Assembly (NCBI GenBank): GCA_965223905.1
Contig: CBDCXV010000010.1
Location: 2,048,001-2,112,000, forward strand
Direction of reading: 5' to 3'
Source: Candidatus Latescibacterota bacterium
GTDB lineage: Bacteria; Latescibacterota; UBA2968; UBA8231
DNA: 64,000 nt
Of this stretch, positions 18,962 through 29,984 are shown one piece after another. A program made the position numbers and the translations under genes. Each line of letters starts with the position of its first letter. Position 1 is the stretch's first letter. Under the pieces are notes generated by a model. It was not told where the DNA came from. It saw only the letters and a list, made by a program, of their open reading frames with translations, and did no database searches.

Positions 18962-20059
18962 ATGAGGATCAAGAAAGTCGAGACCTTCCAGATCGAAACC
19001 CCGCGCTATTACCAGGAACACCCGGTCAAAACGGGGGAATCGACAGGCCACGTCGTTGTCAAGCTTCAGGTCGATGACGGGCTCGTGGGACTGGGGGAGG
19101 CGCCGGACAGCCGGGCGGATGACCTGGGCGCCATCGCAGGGCGCTACAACGAACTGCTGGTCGGACGCGACGCCACCCGGATTACGGAGATCAACGAATT
19201 CCTGCGGACGCAGGACTTCGCAAGCACGGTCAGCAATTCACACCTGACCGCGGCCATCGACCTGGCTCTCTACGACCTCAACGGCAAACTGCAGGGAGTG
19301 CCGGCCTATCATTTACTGGGCGGAAAAATGCGGGAAAATGTGTACTTCTGTTATCCGATCATCGGGGAACACCTGCAGGGAGGGTTCGAGCGGAACGCCA
19401 GCTACCTGCAGCGGCTGGTCGACCTGGGGCATCACCTTTTTCGCTACTACATCTCGGGCGACAGCGACCTGGACGACCGTTTTTTAAGCGAGATGAAAGC
19501 ACGCTTCGGTGAGAAAATCCGGCTCAAAGCCATCGATTTCAGCGGGAGTTTCCCCGATTGGGAGACCGCCCTGCGCTACGCCGACGCGTTGCGTCACCAC
19601 GATCCCTACAACTTCGAGCAGCCGTCGAACGACCTGCGGGTGTGCGCCGATTTCGTCAAGCGGGTGGACGTGCCGGTGAGTCAGCATATCCGCAGCCTGG
19701 AGGAAGGCTACGAGGCGATCGAGCGGGGCGCCTGCACCGTCCTCAACCTGGCGTGGATCTGGTGGGGGCCGACCTACGTTCGCCGCATGTTCGCGCTGGC
19801 GGAAGCCGCTGGTTTCAAGACGTTCCTTTCCACCGATCAGGATTCCACCGTCGGGACGGCCGGGGCCGTTCACCTCGGGGTTTCGGTTCCCAACCTCGAC
19901 CTCCCTTCCGATCCGGCCGGCCCCCTGCTGTATACGGTTTCGCCGGCCAGGGAGCGCATCCGCACCGAGAACAGCCACCTGTATCCGCCGCAAGGCCCCG
20001 GGCTTGGAGTCGAGCTGGACGAGGACAGGATGAGAGAGCTGACGGTGGCCTCTGCGTGA
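18962..20059 (+). CDS. Enolase-superfamily dehydratase of the galactarate dehydratase GalrD-II type (RxY subgroup)
   Basis: CYPI, FRYY (RxY replacing KxK), D/E/H metal ligands (IDFS, FEQP, SQH) and SDPAGPLLY. Confidence 0.75.
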   Translation: MRIKKVETFQIETPRYYQEHPVKTGESTGHVVVKLQVDDGLVGLGEAPDSRADDLGAIAGRYNELLVGRDATRITEINEFLRTQDFASTVSNSHLTAAIDLALYDLNGKLQGVPAYHLLGGKMRENVYFCYPIIGEHLQGGFERNASYLQRLVDLGHHLFRYYISGDSDLDDRFLSEMKARFGEKIRLKAIDFSGSFPDWETALRYADALRHHDPYNFEQPSNDLRVCADFVKRVDVPVSQHIRSLEEGYEAIERGACTVLNLAWIWWGPTYVRRMFALAEAAGFKTFLSTDQDSTVGTAGAVHLGVSVPNLDLPSDPAGPLLYTVSPARERIRTENSHLYPPQGPGLGVELDEDRMRELTVASA

Positions 20060-20727
20060 CTTCTCGATGGACGGTTTTCCGGCGCTTCGGCGGATCTGAA
20101 GGTACGACTCTTCCAGCCTGAAGCGAAAGCGTTTTAACGGGGGAATCGATCCGCCCTCTTCCCGGCGGAGGGGGCAGTGCCCGCCATGCGCATGGTCACC
20201 GGCCTGTGGTATGCTGCGGCGGTTTCCGGCGGCGTAACGGACCGGCATCCCCCCCCTGCGGAGAGAAAATGAAGCCGAGTACACCCCTCAAACGGGCCGC
20301 TGGGGTTACGGCAGTCCTGGTCGGCCTTCCCGTGGCCGGTGCAGAGATCCCGCTCCTCGGCAGTCCCCCGAGGCGGTGGGACCGCCGGTCGAGGCGGATC
20401 TCTGCGGTACGGAGCAGCAGGTTGCCGGGCAGTTGGTGGACTCTTAGGGGCGGACCGGGAAACCCCCGGGGACGCGCGGGCGCGGGCGGCGCGGGCGGCG
20501 GGCTACGAAGCATACGGCGTGGTGCGTTCGGCGCGTCTCAGCTACGCCCAGGCGGCGCCCGCCTCTATTGGTGGAACCGAACTCCATCCTCCCGGCCAGC
20601 TTGCAAAGCAACCCGGAGGGAAAGAGTGCGAGGAGGTAGCGGGGAAGAGCGAGCTGTCGACCTCGAAGACCTTGTCTTCAAGGCCCGCCCTCAGCGAGGC
20701 GATCCCCAATGGCGCCCGTTTCGAGGA

Positions 20728-21565
20728 TCAAAGTTCGATTCCGGCCAAAATCTCCAGGGCCTCGTCCACGGGCACCTCGTCCCGCCCGGCGGTGAGCTCG
20801 AGATATCTCCGCGTTCTGCCATTGAGAACGCCATAGAATCCACGCACTTCTTCGTCAGGATGGTCCCGCCACAATCGAGTGGGTATGTACGAATCCTCGC
20901 TGAGGTAGTCGCGGTGCCGGTGGCCGTAGTAGATCTGCACGGTTTTGCGTTCGGACTTCGTCGGGCGCACGGTAACCGTGTGTAATCGAGTGACATCGAA
21001 CAGTATCGCCGTGCCAGCACAACCGTGGAGTTCGCGGACTCCGCCGCGTTCGAGTTGGGCCTCGGTATCCAGCATTTCCTGGTCGATCGATTGGGGCGAA
21101 ACGGCGAAGCTGTGGGTGGTGTCGCTCACGTCGGACAGGTAGACCATCATCTGGACGTAGCCGAGGTTCAGCGGGTGTTCCCGCCCACATGAGACGTGTC
21201 CCTCCGTCGCGATGCCAGCGGCGCCCTACGGGCCCTTCCCACGACCTCATCGCCGCAATCGGCTCCCCCTCGTAGGGGCCCATGTGCCTGAGGCAGACTT
21301 CCGAGAAGCACACCTCGCCTCCCATCAGGACCCGGAGGGACTCCATCGCCTCTGGATGGCGGATGATTTCGTCGAACTGGGGCGCCGTCAGGAGCGCGTT
21401 GCAATTCTGGGTCTGCCAGATGCCGTTTTCATTCCAGTAACGGCCGTAGTCCCGTCGGTCCCGGTCGAAAGCTTCCACAAAGCGGGCGACCTCGTCGTCT
21501 CTCAAGATCCTGCCAAGCGGCAGGTAGCCGTTCTCCTTGAAGAAATCGTAATCTTCCTGTCTCAT
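20728..21565 (-). pseudogene. PhyH family dioxygenase with a frameshift near 21182
   Basis: FFKENGYL and WHRDG in one frame, GTAILFDVTRLH in another. Removing one G gives WAEHPLNLGYVQMMVYL. Confidence 0.7.
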
Positions 21566-21933
21566 TGGGGATTCCCTCCCAGCGAAGACCTGGGTTTCCA
21601 TTGACGCCTGAAGCAGTCCAGACTGGAGACGCCGAATCAGACATTCTTTTTTCATTTCCAATGCGGATCTCTACCTGGACGGGCTGCTGCTGCCTGCCAC
21701 CCCGACAGGTCCTCAAGAAGACACCGCAACAGGGTCAGTCACCCTGGGAGCCGCATCAAAGCGGCGTTGGACGTGGAGTAGCGGGAGGGCACGCCAGTTT
21801 GCGCGGGGAATCTTGGCATCTCACCCCCCCCCCCCCCTCCCGGTCGGAAAACGCGGCCACCGGGGATGTCTAAGCGGGAGGGGCGCTCCTCGGTTTGAGA
21901 ACAGGATCGCCCTTAAGTGTTCCGGGTCCTGCG

Positions 21934-23043
21934 CTATTCGATGGTGAATTCGTGAAACGTCGCCGATTTCATCTGATCCCAGTCGACCTCCAGGCCGAGT
22001 CCAGGTTTCTGCGGGGCGTGGACGTACCCGTCCTGGTCCGAGCGAATGACGTCGACCATCCCGTACTCGTACGGCTTCTGAGGAACGGAGTGCTCGTAGA
22101 AGGAGCAGTTGTCGTGGGCGAGCATAAGGTGAAGGTTGGCCGCGGAGTTCAGGCTGTATCCCCAGGACATGATCTCGCAGTTGATGCCTGCCGCTTCGGT
22201 CAGGGCGATCGCCTTCTGCGTCTGCGTGATGCCGCCCATCATGTGAACGTCGGTGCGGGCCGATCGCCAGGCCTTGGTCTCGATCGCCTCCCTGAAGCTC
22301 ATCAGGTCCATGAACCAGTTGCCCGACGGCAGTACCGGGATGGAGGTCCTGCGGGTCAGCTCCCGGTAGCCGTCGAGATCCCAGTCCGGCAAGGGTGCCT
22401 CGAACCAAGTGAAGCCGAGCTCCTCGATCTCCCTGGCGACCTTCAGGGAGCTGCCTCGGTCGTAGTTGTTCTCGGCGTCGAGCATGAAGTCGGTCTTCGA
22501 GGTGTCGAACTCCCGCGCCACCTCCCGGGACAGCTCGAGGTCCCTGTCCGGTATGCACCAGGTGTGGAACTTGACCGCGGTGTACCCCTCGCCGAGCAGA
22601 TCCTCGACGAACTTCAGGTAGGCCGGGATATCCTCGAGCAGCGGTGTGCTCGCGTAGGACCGGATCCGCTCTCGCGCAGCCCCCAGCATTCGGTAGATCG
22701 GCATCCCTGCAGCTTTTCCGGCCAGGTCCCAGAGCGCGATGTCGATGGATGCGAGCACCTGCGGCGGCAGCGGAAATACGCGGGGCCGGATGTCGTGCCA
22801 GAGAGCTTCCCGCTGCAGGGGGTCGCGTCCGATGAGGATGGGGACAATGTGACGGATCGCCTCCGCGGTGTATTTTTCGAACCCGTACGAGGTCGCGTTC
22901 CAGACACCGGAGACCGCCTCGATTCCCTCCGCGAACAGGCGCAGCACCGTGTTGGTCGCAAACTGCGCCGGGAGATCGTCGGACCAGGTGAACTGCTCCG
23001 TCGGGGGAGCGACCGATCTTACTTCAATCCGTTCTATCTTCAT
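21934..23043 (-). CDS. Mandelate racemase/muconate lactonizing enzyme family protein
   Basis: IDIALWDLAGK, YAS, KFH, MLDA, WFEAP and PGLGLEVD motifs. Confidence 0.88.
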   Translation of the reverse strand: MKIERIEVRSVAPPTEQFTWSDDLPAQFATNTVLRLFAEGIEAVSGVWNATSYGFEKYTAEAIRHIVPILIGRDPLQREALWHDIRPRVFPLPPQVLASIDIALWDLAGKAAGMPIYRMLGAARERIRSYASTPLLEDIPAYLKFVEDLLGEGYTAVKFHTWCIPDRDLELSREVAREFDTSKTDFMLDAENNYDRGSSLKVAREIEELGFTWFEAPLPDWDLDGYRELTRRTSIPVLPSGNWFMDLMSFREAIETKAWRSARTDVHMMGGITQTQKAIALTEAAGINCEIMSWGYSLNSAANLHLMLAHDNCSFYEHSVPQKPYEYGMVDVIRSDQDGYVHAPQKPGLGLEVDWDQMKSATFHEFTIE

Positions 23044-23461
23044 GGGCCAGCCCTACCGTCTCACTGTATTCGCGGAGAGAACTGCGAATCGACGCGGAAG
23101 CGCGTGAAATGGGTTGGAGGTTTCAGGTGTCACAAGTAAAGAAATCCCGATACTACTGCAAAAACGAGCCGGTGGGACGCTGGATGCATGCCGGCTCCAG
23201 GCTGCGTCACACGGCAGACTTCTGCTCCGGGAGGGCGCCCGATCAGCATGTCGTGGAGGGCAGCTGTGTCCATCAAACCATTTCCGGCGGTAGCAACGGC
23301 GTAAAGGCATGTCATGGAAGGACGAGAAGAAAGGCGCCAAGTTGGGCGTCGATGGGCACAGGCGTGCGGAAATCGGGCTGGCGAGGCGACCCCCTTTCGT
23401 TTGGGCCATGTCACGACCATGCCGCCGGTACGGTAGTTATCTACCAGGAAGGTTCGGGGTG

Positions 23462-24358
23462 ATGGAAAAGCTGGCTCGAGGTATCTGGCCGGCCCTCTGC
23501 ACGGCGTTCGACGACAGTGGAATGGGCGTCGACGCCGATCGTCAAAGGGCCCTGGTCAGGGCGCTGATCGACACCGGGATCCAGGGATTCTTCGTCTGCG
23601 GTGGAACCGGCGAGGGCAGGGCGATGTCCTTGCCGGAGCGCAAGGAAGTGGCCGAGGTCGTCGCCCGTGAAGTGGCCGGCGAGGTGAGAATCATCCTGCA
23701 GGCAGGCGGCACGTCCACGGATAACGCCGTCGATCTGGCGCGGCACGCCGCGCGCCTGAAGGGAGTCGATGCGGTCGCCTCGGTGGCGCCGGTGGATGCG
23801 CCCAACGACCTCGGCGCCGCGGTCTCCCACTACGCCGCCGTCGGAGCAGCGACCGACCTGCCATTCTACGTGTATTGGCTGAGGCGCGAGGCGGACCCCA
23901 ACGCCACGGCCGACAGCTTTCTCGATGCGATGCAGGCGGTCCCGAACTTTGCGGGCCTGAAGTTCACCGACCACAACCTGTACCTCTTCGGCCAGCTCAT
24001 CGACCGCTCCAGCGCTGAGGTCAACGCCATTTCGGGACCGGACGAACTGGCGTTGCCGGCGATGGTGATGGGCGCGGACGCCGCCATCGGAACGACCTAC
24101 AACGTCATGCCGGAGATCTTTCTGCAAATGCGCCGCGCCTTCGATTCAGGGGACCTCGCCGCCGCCAGGTGCCGCCAGGTGGAGGCGAATCGCGTGATCC
24201 GCCTGCTGATCGAGGTCGGTGTGCTGCCCGGGATAAAGCAGATGCTCGCAGACCGCGGCACCCCGGTGGGACCGACGCGGATCGTTCCGCCGCTGGACCG
24301 CGCCGCGAAGATCGCGCTGCGTGCCTGTCTCGAGCAGCTGGACATCGATATTCGCTGA
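23462..24358 (+). CDS. Dihydrodipicolinate synthase/N-acetylneuraminate lyase family aldolase
   Basis: CGGTGE, FYVY, GLKFT (Schiff-base Lys) and GTTYN motifs. Confidence 0.85.
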   Translation: MEKLARGIWPALCTAFDDSGMGVDADRQRALVRALIDTGIQGFFVCGGTGEGRAMSLPERKEVAEVVAREVAGEVRIILQAGGTSTDNAVDLARHAARLKGVDAVASVAPVDAPNDLGAAVSHYAAVGAATDLPFYVYWLRREADPNATADSFLDAMQAVPNFAGLKFTDHNLYLFGQLIDRSSAEVNAISGPDELALPAMVMGADAAIGTTYNVMPEIFLQMRRAFDSGDLAAARCRQVEANRVIRLLIEVGVLPGIKQMLADRGTPVGPTRIVPPLDRAAKIALRACLEQLDIDIR

Positions 24359-24515
24359 ACCACGCAGGGGCCGCTGACGGCGCGGCAACTCGAGGTTCTG
24401 CCTGTCGACGGGCTAACACCCCGGATACGGTCCGGTCTTCAGCAGTACTCGAACTGTCGGACGCCGAGATCGACGGAGAAACGAGAGCAGTGGAACTTAG
24501 AACTGGAGGGACAAA

Positions 24516-26456
24516 ATGGCGGATGCAGGCTCTTCAAAGCAGGTGACTGTTCCCGGGTTGGTCGAGGTCGTAGCGACGCAGGTTTCCCCTCCTCCGGGAT
24601 GGGCGCTCCTGGAACGCCGGTTGATGGCAATCATGGAGAAAGCCGTTCGGCCCATGGTCGACAAGTATGCGGAAAAGGGCGGCGCCTTCTACTTCGCCGA
24701 CGATGTGGACGACCTCTACGAACGGGTATACAACTGGGGCCTGTTCTACGCCATGGGGGCGGACAGACAGGTGCTCGACCTGGCGCTCCAGCAGTGGAAT
24801 GCAACCACCCGTTTCTTCGCCGACGATATCGTCAGCAGGGTGCACTCCCGCTTCAGTCCCCAGATTCACAACGAGTACTACAACCAGGGTTCTCCCGGTG
24901 CGAACGAGTGGCACCACCAGGGCGAGGGCAACATGGCGTTCTACCATTTCGGCCTGGCCGATCCCACCATTTCGGAGAACGTGCGCCGCTCCAGACGATT
25001 TGCGGCGATGTTCCTCAACGAAGATCCCGAGGCCCCCAACTACGATCCCCGGCACAAGATCTTCCGCAGCCCCATGCAGACCAGCGTCGGCCCCATGCGC
25101 CACGCCAGTGTCGACAATGCCATCATGTGGCTTCAGGGGGGAATAGCGAGCATCGGGGAGGTATCCCGCTATTACGGCGTGCGGGCCACCCTGTATCCGG
25201 TGGTCGAAAACCTGGAGCCGGACTGGTTCGAAAACCCCGAGCGCAGGGACGGGATTCTCAAGCTGTTCGACGACATCGTCCTCAACGGCGACGTGGCCAA
25301 CAGCCTGGGTGCCACCGCCCTCGTCACCAACGCCTACCTCTACACCGGCGAGGACAAGTACAGGCAGTGGGTGCTGGAGTACACGGAAGCCTGGATGGAA
25401 CGGATGCGGCGCAACGGCGGCATCATGCCCGACAACGTCGGACCGACGGGAAAGATCGGCGAAAACCGCCGGGGCCAGTGGTGGGGCGGGCTCTACGGCT
25501 GGAACAGCTTCGTCGGCTACAACATCATGTTCAACTCGCTGACCATCGCCGCCGAATGCGCCGTCCTGCTCACCGGCGACTTCGGCTACCTGGAGTTGCT
25601 GCGCTCGCAGATCAGGGTCCTCATGGAGAATGCCATCACGCGGGAGGACGGCCAGCTCCTGCTTCCGGCCCGCTACGGCCCCGGCGGCTGGGAGTACGCC
25701 ATGGGAGATCCCGGCAAGCGAAGGCCGGGTCCGTTCCGCATGCAGGAACTCGCCCACCTCTACCACGTCTCCATGGCCGCCGAGGACTACGACCTCATCG
25801 CCAGAATACGGGAGACCGACAAAGAGCGCGATTGGAACCACGTGCCTGTCGTCGGAGAAAAGAACTACGGCGACACCGAGCTGGCCCGCTTCCAGTACTA
25901 CGACGGCAAGAACCCCGACTGGCCCACCAGGATCCTGCGGGCCGAGTACGAGAACGCCCAGTCCGCTTTCGAGTCGATCCGGAACGAAACCCGCGGTGCC
26001 CGGGCCCTGATCGCCGACAACTACTGCCCTCCCAATCCGGTTTTCACCAAGGGGTTGACGCAGGTGACCATGGGGGCGCCGCACTCCGTGTACACCGGCG
26101 GCCTCTTGCGCGCGACCCTGCGCTACTTCGATTCGGACCGCGCCCGTCCAGGACTGCCGCCGGACGTCGCCGCCCTGGTCGACAAGCTGGGGGCTGGGAA
26201 TGCAGGGGTTCATCTGGTCAACCTGAATACCAGCGAGACGCGAAACCTGATCGTGCAGGCCGGGGCCTTCGCCGAGCACCGGTTCGTCGAGCTGACCTGC
26301 GGGGATCGGACCATCCCCGTGGAGTCGAAATACTTCGCGGTCCGGCTCCCTCCCGCTGCATCCATCCGGCTGGACATGGTCATGCGGCGTTTTGCGCATC
26401 GTCCCACTTATGCCTTTCCCTGGCACGGGGAGGAGATCCCGGTGCCCTACCACTGA
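24516..26456 (+). CDS. Hypothetical protein (646 aa), possibly a helical-barrel enzyme
   Basis: Long ORF with strong codon bias and a GGAGG RBS. Motifs DDLYE, WHHQGEG and PDNVG...WWGGLYGW. Confidence 0.75.
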   Translation: MADAGSSKQVTVPGLVEVVATQVSPPPGWALLERRLMAIMEKAVRPMVDKYAEKGGAFYFADDVDDLYERVYNWGLFYAMGADRQVLDLALQQWNATTRFFADDIVSRVHSRFSPQIHNEYYNQGSPGANEWHHQGEGNMAFYHFGLADPTISENVRRSRRFAAMFLNEDPEAPNYDPRHKIFRSPMQTSVGPMRHASVDNAIMWLQGGIASIGEVSRYYGVRATLYPVVENLEPDWFENPERRDGILKLFDDIVLNGDVANSLGATALVTNAYLYTGEDKYRQWVLEYTEAWMERMRRNGGIMPDNVGPTGKIGENRRGQWWGGLYGWNSFVGYNIMFNSLTIAAECAVLLTGDFGYLELLRSQIRVLMENAITREDGQLLLPARYGPGGWEYAMGDPGKRRPGPFRMQELAHLYHVSMAAEDYDLIARIRETDKERDWNHVPVVGEKNYGDTELARFQYYDGKNPDWPTRILRAEYENAQSAFESIRNETRGARALIADNYCPPNPVFTKGLTQVTMGAPHSVYTGGLLRATLRYFDSDRARPGLPPDVAALVDKLGAGNAGVHLVNLNTSETRNLIVQAGAFAEHRFVELTCGDRTIPVESKYFAVRLPPAASIRLDMVMRRFAHRPTYAFPWHGEEIPVPYH

Positions 26457-26664
26457 CCGCAAGGCAATGATGACGCCGGCACGAAAGCCTGGCCGCCCGC
26501 CATCCAGTCAACGTGTTGAGTGTTCGCCTGCATGAACCGAAACGAAACCAGCTTTTCGCTGTGGATCCCTGAAACGTGGCGAGGTTGAACCGGGTTTGGC
26601 CAGGCGAGTCCATTTCCGAACAGAGTGATCCGAGGCTATATGCAGCACATCCAGGAAGGCCATC

Positions 26665-28312
26665 ATGTTACGGCGAGGCCGGGAAATCCCGGGGCGCGGC
26701 CTGACGGTGAAAACCCGTGAGCCCCTCAGGAGAGCTCGAGCACTATACCTCCTCCGTCGACGGCGAGTCGATTCCGTATGCCGTCTGCGCTACCAGCGCA
26801 TCCGACGAACCCAAACCACTCATCCTCGAAGTCAGCCCCGGCGCCATCCGGGATCTCGACGGCAGCCTCCGCCTGACCGAGGAGATCGCCGGCATTGCCG
26901 CGAGGAATGGGCGCGACTGCGTCGTCCTGCGTCCCACCGGACGCGGACCGGGTTCGGTCTACCAGAACTACGGCGAAGTCGACGTGCTCGAAGCGATCGA
27001 AGCAGTGGCGAGGCGCTACGCCATCGATCGCGATCGCATCACCATCACCGGCGCGTCGATGGGTGGCGCCGCCACGTGGTACCTGATCTCCCACTACCCC
27101 GAACTCTTCGCCGCCGCCGCCCCTTTCTGTGGCTACTGCGACTACCGGCTCTGGGAGAAACCGGGAGGGCTCACCTTTCACTCGCACGACTGGGAGGAGC
27201 CTTCATGGCGGGCCCGGTCGGCGGCCTTTCTGGTCGAGAACCTGCGCCATACGCCGGTCTGGATCGTGCACGGCGAGTGGGACCGCGGCGTGGGTGGCGG
27301 GGTACCGGTAGCGCATTCCCGGCAGATGGCGGAACGACTCGACGCGCTGGGCTTCGAGTTCGAATACACCGAAGTGCCCGCGACCGGCCACGGCTGCCGT
27401 CTCGACGATATCTGGGAGCAGGTGATCCTGTGGCTGCTCGCCCGGCGCAAAAAGCGCCATCCCGACATCGTTTCCCTCGTCACCTGCGATCTGCGGCACA
27501 ACCGCTCGCACTGGGTGGCCATCGAGCAGCTGGATCAATACGGGCGGTGCGGCTCCGTCGACGCCAGACTGGGCGAAGGGGAGATCTCGGTGACGGCAGA
27601 AGGTGTGCGCACCTTGACGCTGGGTCCCTTGCCGCGGGGCGGCTCCGTGCTGTTAACGGGCAAGCCTGCGGGAAACCTGCCGGCGGGGGAAACGCGGACC
27701 TTTCGACGGGACACGAACGGCAACTGGAACCCGACCCTTCCCGATGATCTCGCGGGGGAAAAACGGCACGGCTGTTCCGGGCCGGTTGGCGACCTGTTCC
27801 ACGATCCGCTGCTTCTCGTGACCGGCACCGGCGGCACCCAGGAGGAAACCTTCTTCAACAGCTGGGTCGCCTCGGATGCTCGCGGCTACTATCGAAGCCG
27901 CAACGGCGGCGTCCATCGCGGCGGTATTATGGGGGAAAACAGCGTCGACCTGCGCCTGGCCAACGATGTCGATGTCGACGAGGAATCGGTGCGAGCGAAC
28001 AATCTCCTGCTGTACGGAACGCCCTCTACCAACGGCCTGCTCGCGCGCTATTGCGACCGCGTCCCCGTGGCTTTTGACCGCAATGAGATTCGACTGGCCG
28101 GCGAATCGTTCAGCGCCGACGGAGTGGCCGTGTTCGCAATCTTTCCGCACCCGGAGAACTCGAACAGGTGCATTGCCGTTCATGGAGGCTCGACGCCCGA
28201 TGCCATCTGCTGGGGCAGCCATCTCGACATGCATCTCCTGCCGGATTACCTGGTCTACGCCAGAGGAGAGGTGTTGGAGTGGGGATTCTGGAATAATGAG
28301 TGGAAGCGCTGA
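26665..28312 (+). CDS. Alpha/beta-hydrolase (prolyl oligopeptidase/esterase-like)
   Basis: GASMGG nucleophile elbow, VHGEWD and GHG. The start is either ATG 26665 with a frameshift in a C-run near 26724, or GTG 26717. Confidence 0.75.
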
Positions 28313-28377
28313 CTCGCCATCGGAACATCGACTAGCTCGCAAGGGATAGGGCAGTTACTGAGGAGCCAGAAAAAGGA

Positions 28378-28490
28378 TTGCCGCTACGCTGCCCGGTTTT
28401 TGATCAACTCCTCGATGTATTCCACATCCATGGCTTTGTGGTCCTGGAGGATCTCATACCCCTGGACAGGATTGAGCAGATCTACACGCA
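28378..28490 (+). pseudogene. Remnant of a PhyH-family N-terminus
   Basis: DQLLDVFHIHGFVVLEDLIPLDRIEQIY, then runs antisense into the next gene. Confidence 0.35.
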
Positions 28491-28505
28491 GCCGCTTCTC
28501 GTGTG

Positions 28506-29603
28506 CTATCCCTCGTACTTGGGGAACAGCGGGTCCTCCAGGGCTTCCATGCCGGTTTGGGGTCGTCCCGACTGATCGCCGCCGAGCCATCGATAGGCAC
28601 TGGGGTAGAGGGTCAGCGAGCGGTCCTCCAGCGGAAGCTTCAGGGGAACGCTGCCCCACAGGGCCGAGTACTTGGCGGCGATCGCCACTTCGAGCGACTG
28701 CCGCAGGTCGTGTCCGGATACGAAGAGTTCGCCTCCGTTCGCCACGACGTCGAGGAAGGACAGGATCGAGGTCCCCAGATAGGAGAACCTGGGATACTGT
28801 ATCGGTTTGTACGGCCGGTCCACCTTGAGGCGGGCGCCGCCGCGGTCGAAGCCCCGGTAGATTTCGGGAGTCGCCCAGTTCCAGCGGACCAGCGCGTCGC
28901 CGGTCCATACTTCGACGCCGCGAAAAGGGGTTTCCCATCCGAAGACCGGGCAGACGAGGCCGTTGCTCAAACGGAACTGTCCGTTGATGATCAGGCCCTC
29001 GTCGCTGTCGCTTCGCAGAGCTTCTTCCGGAGTGCCCCAGGCGATGACCTCGGTCACCTCGGCCTCGGCGAGGAGCCGCAGCACGGCGATATGCTGGCAG
29101 CCCCCACCGGAGATCTCGCCGCCCCCCCATCGGTGGACACTGGCGCCGCGCAACTCCCCGTAGTCGCCGGCGCGCAGCCAACCGGCGACCTCCTGGATGT
29201 CGGAAAGCGCCCTCTTGAGGTTGCCGCCGGCAAAGACGACGCCGCGCTCGGCGCACACGTCGACCATCTCGTCGGCATCGGCTAGGCAAGCCTCTATCGG
29301 CTTGTCGGTGGAGACTCCCCTGACCCCAGCCTGCGCGCTGGCGATCACCGCCTCCTTTATGTATTTGCCGGGCAGCACGACAGCGGCGATGTCTGGCACG
29401 ATTTCCCGGTACATGGCCGCGGCATCCGGGTAGAGCGCCTCGATGCCGAAGCGTTCCCCCACCGCCCGCCGCCGCTCCGGGTTGTATTCCGCGATAGCGA
29501 CCAACTCGGTCTCGGGAAGTGTCCGGTACACCTCGGCGTAGTGCTGGCCGAGGCGTCCGCAGCCGATGATCGCGACGGTATACCTGGACTCATTCTCGCT
29601 CAT
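28506..29603 (-). CDS. Gfo/Idh/MocA family oxidoreductase
   Basis: IIGCGRLG Rossmann motif, TDKP motif and GGAGGAG RBS. Confidence 0.88.
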   Translation of the reverse strand: MSENESRYTVAIIGCGRLGQHYAEVYRTLPETELVAIAEYNPERRRAVGERFGIEALYPDAAAMYREIVPDIAAVVLPGKYIKEAVIASAQAGVRGVSTDKPIEACLADADEMVDVCAERGVVFAGGNLKRALSDIQEVAGWLRAGDYGELRGASVHRWGGGEISGGGCQHIAVLRLLAEAEVTEVIAWGTPEEALRSDSDEGLIINGQFRLSNGLVCPVFGWETPFRGVEVWTGDALVRWNWATPEIYRGFDRGGARLKVDRPYKPIQYPRFSYLGTSILSFLDVVANGGELFVSGHDLRQSLEVAIAAKYSALWGSVPLKLPLEDRSLTLYPSAYRWLGGDQSGRPQTGMEALEDPLFPKYEG

Positions 29604-29984
29604 GAGTGACTCCTCCTCCGTTGGCAAAGAACCGCCTGCTGTACACCGGCTCTGTCCACAGACCCCTGCTTCGCTGTGTGCCCGAACCCGCAAATCCACC
29701 GTATTGCTCCTCGTCCTCGACATCCCCGACGTCGTTCATCGCTCCCTCGGTACGGCGCCGGACCGTCCCGGACGGTATCAGCACCGCGAAGTGGTCGCTG
29801 GTCTCCTTGCATCATTCCCGAAGACGGGAACGCATGCTCGCCAGGACCGGCGCGAAGCGCGAGCCGATTCGTCACCAATCGATGATCGACAGCATGTGCT
29901 CGGGGCCTGTGCGTGCCGATGGTCGCCACCCACCATTCGATTCAGCCGTAAACGTAAAATGGTTTTGAGGACGATCTTGGTGTG

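Noticed and set aside
21824-21837. 14-nt poly-C tract as a phase-variation switch
   Set aside because: It is intergenic, not evidently within a promoter or ORF, and homopolymer length is unreliable here.
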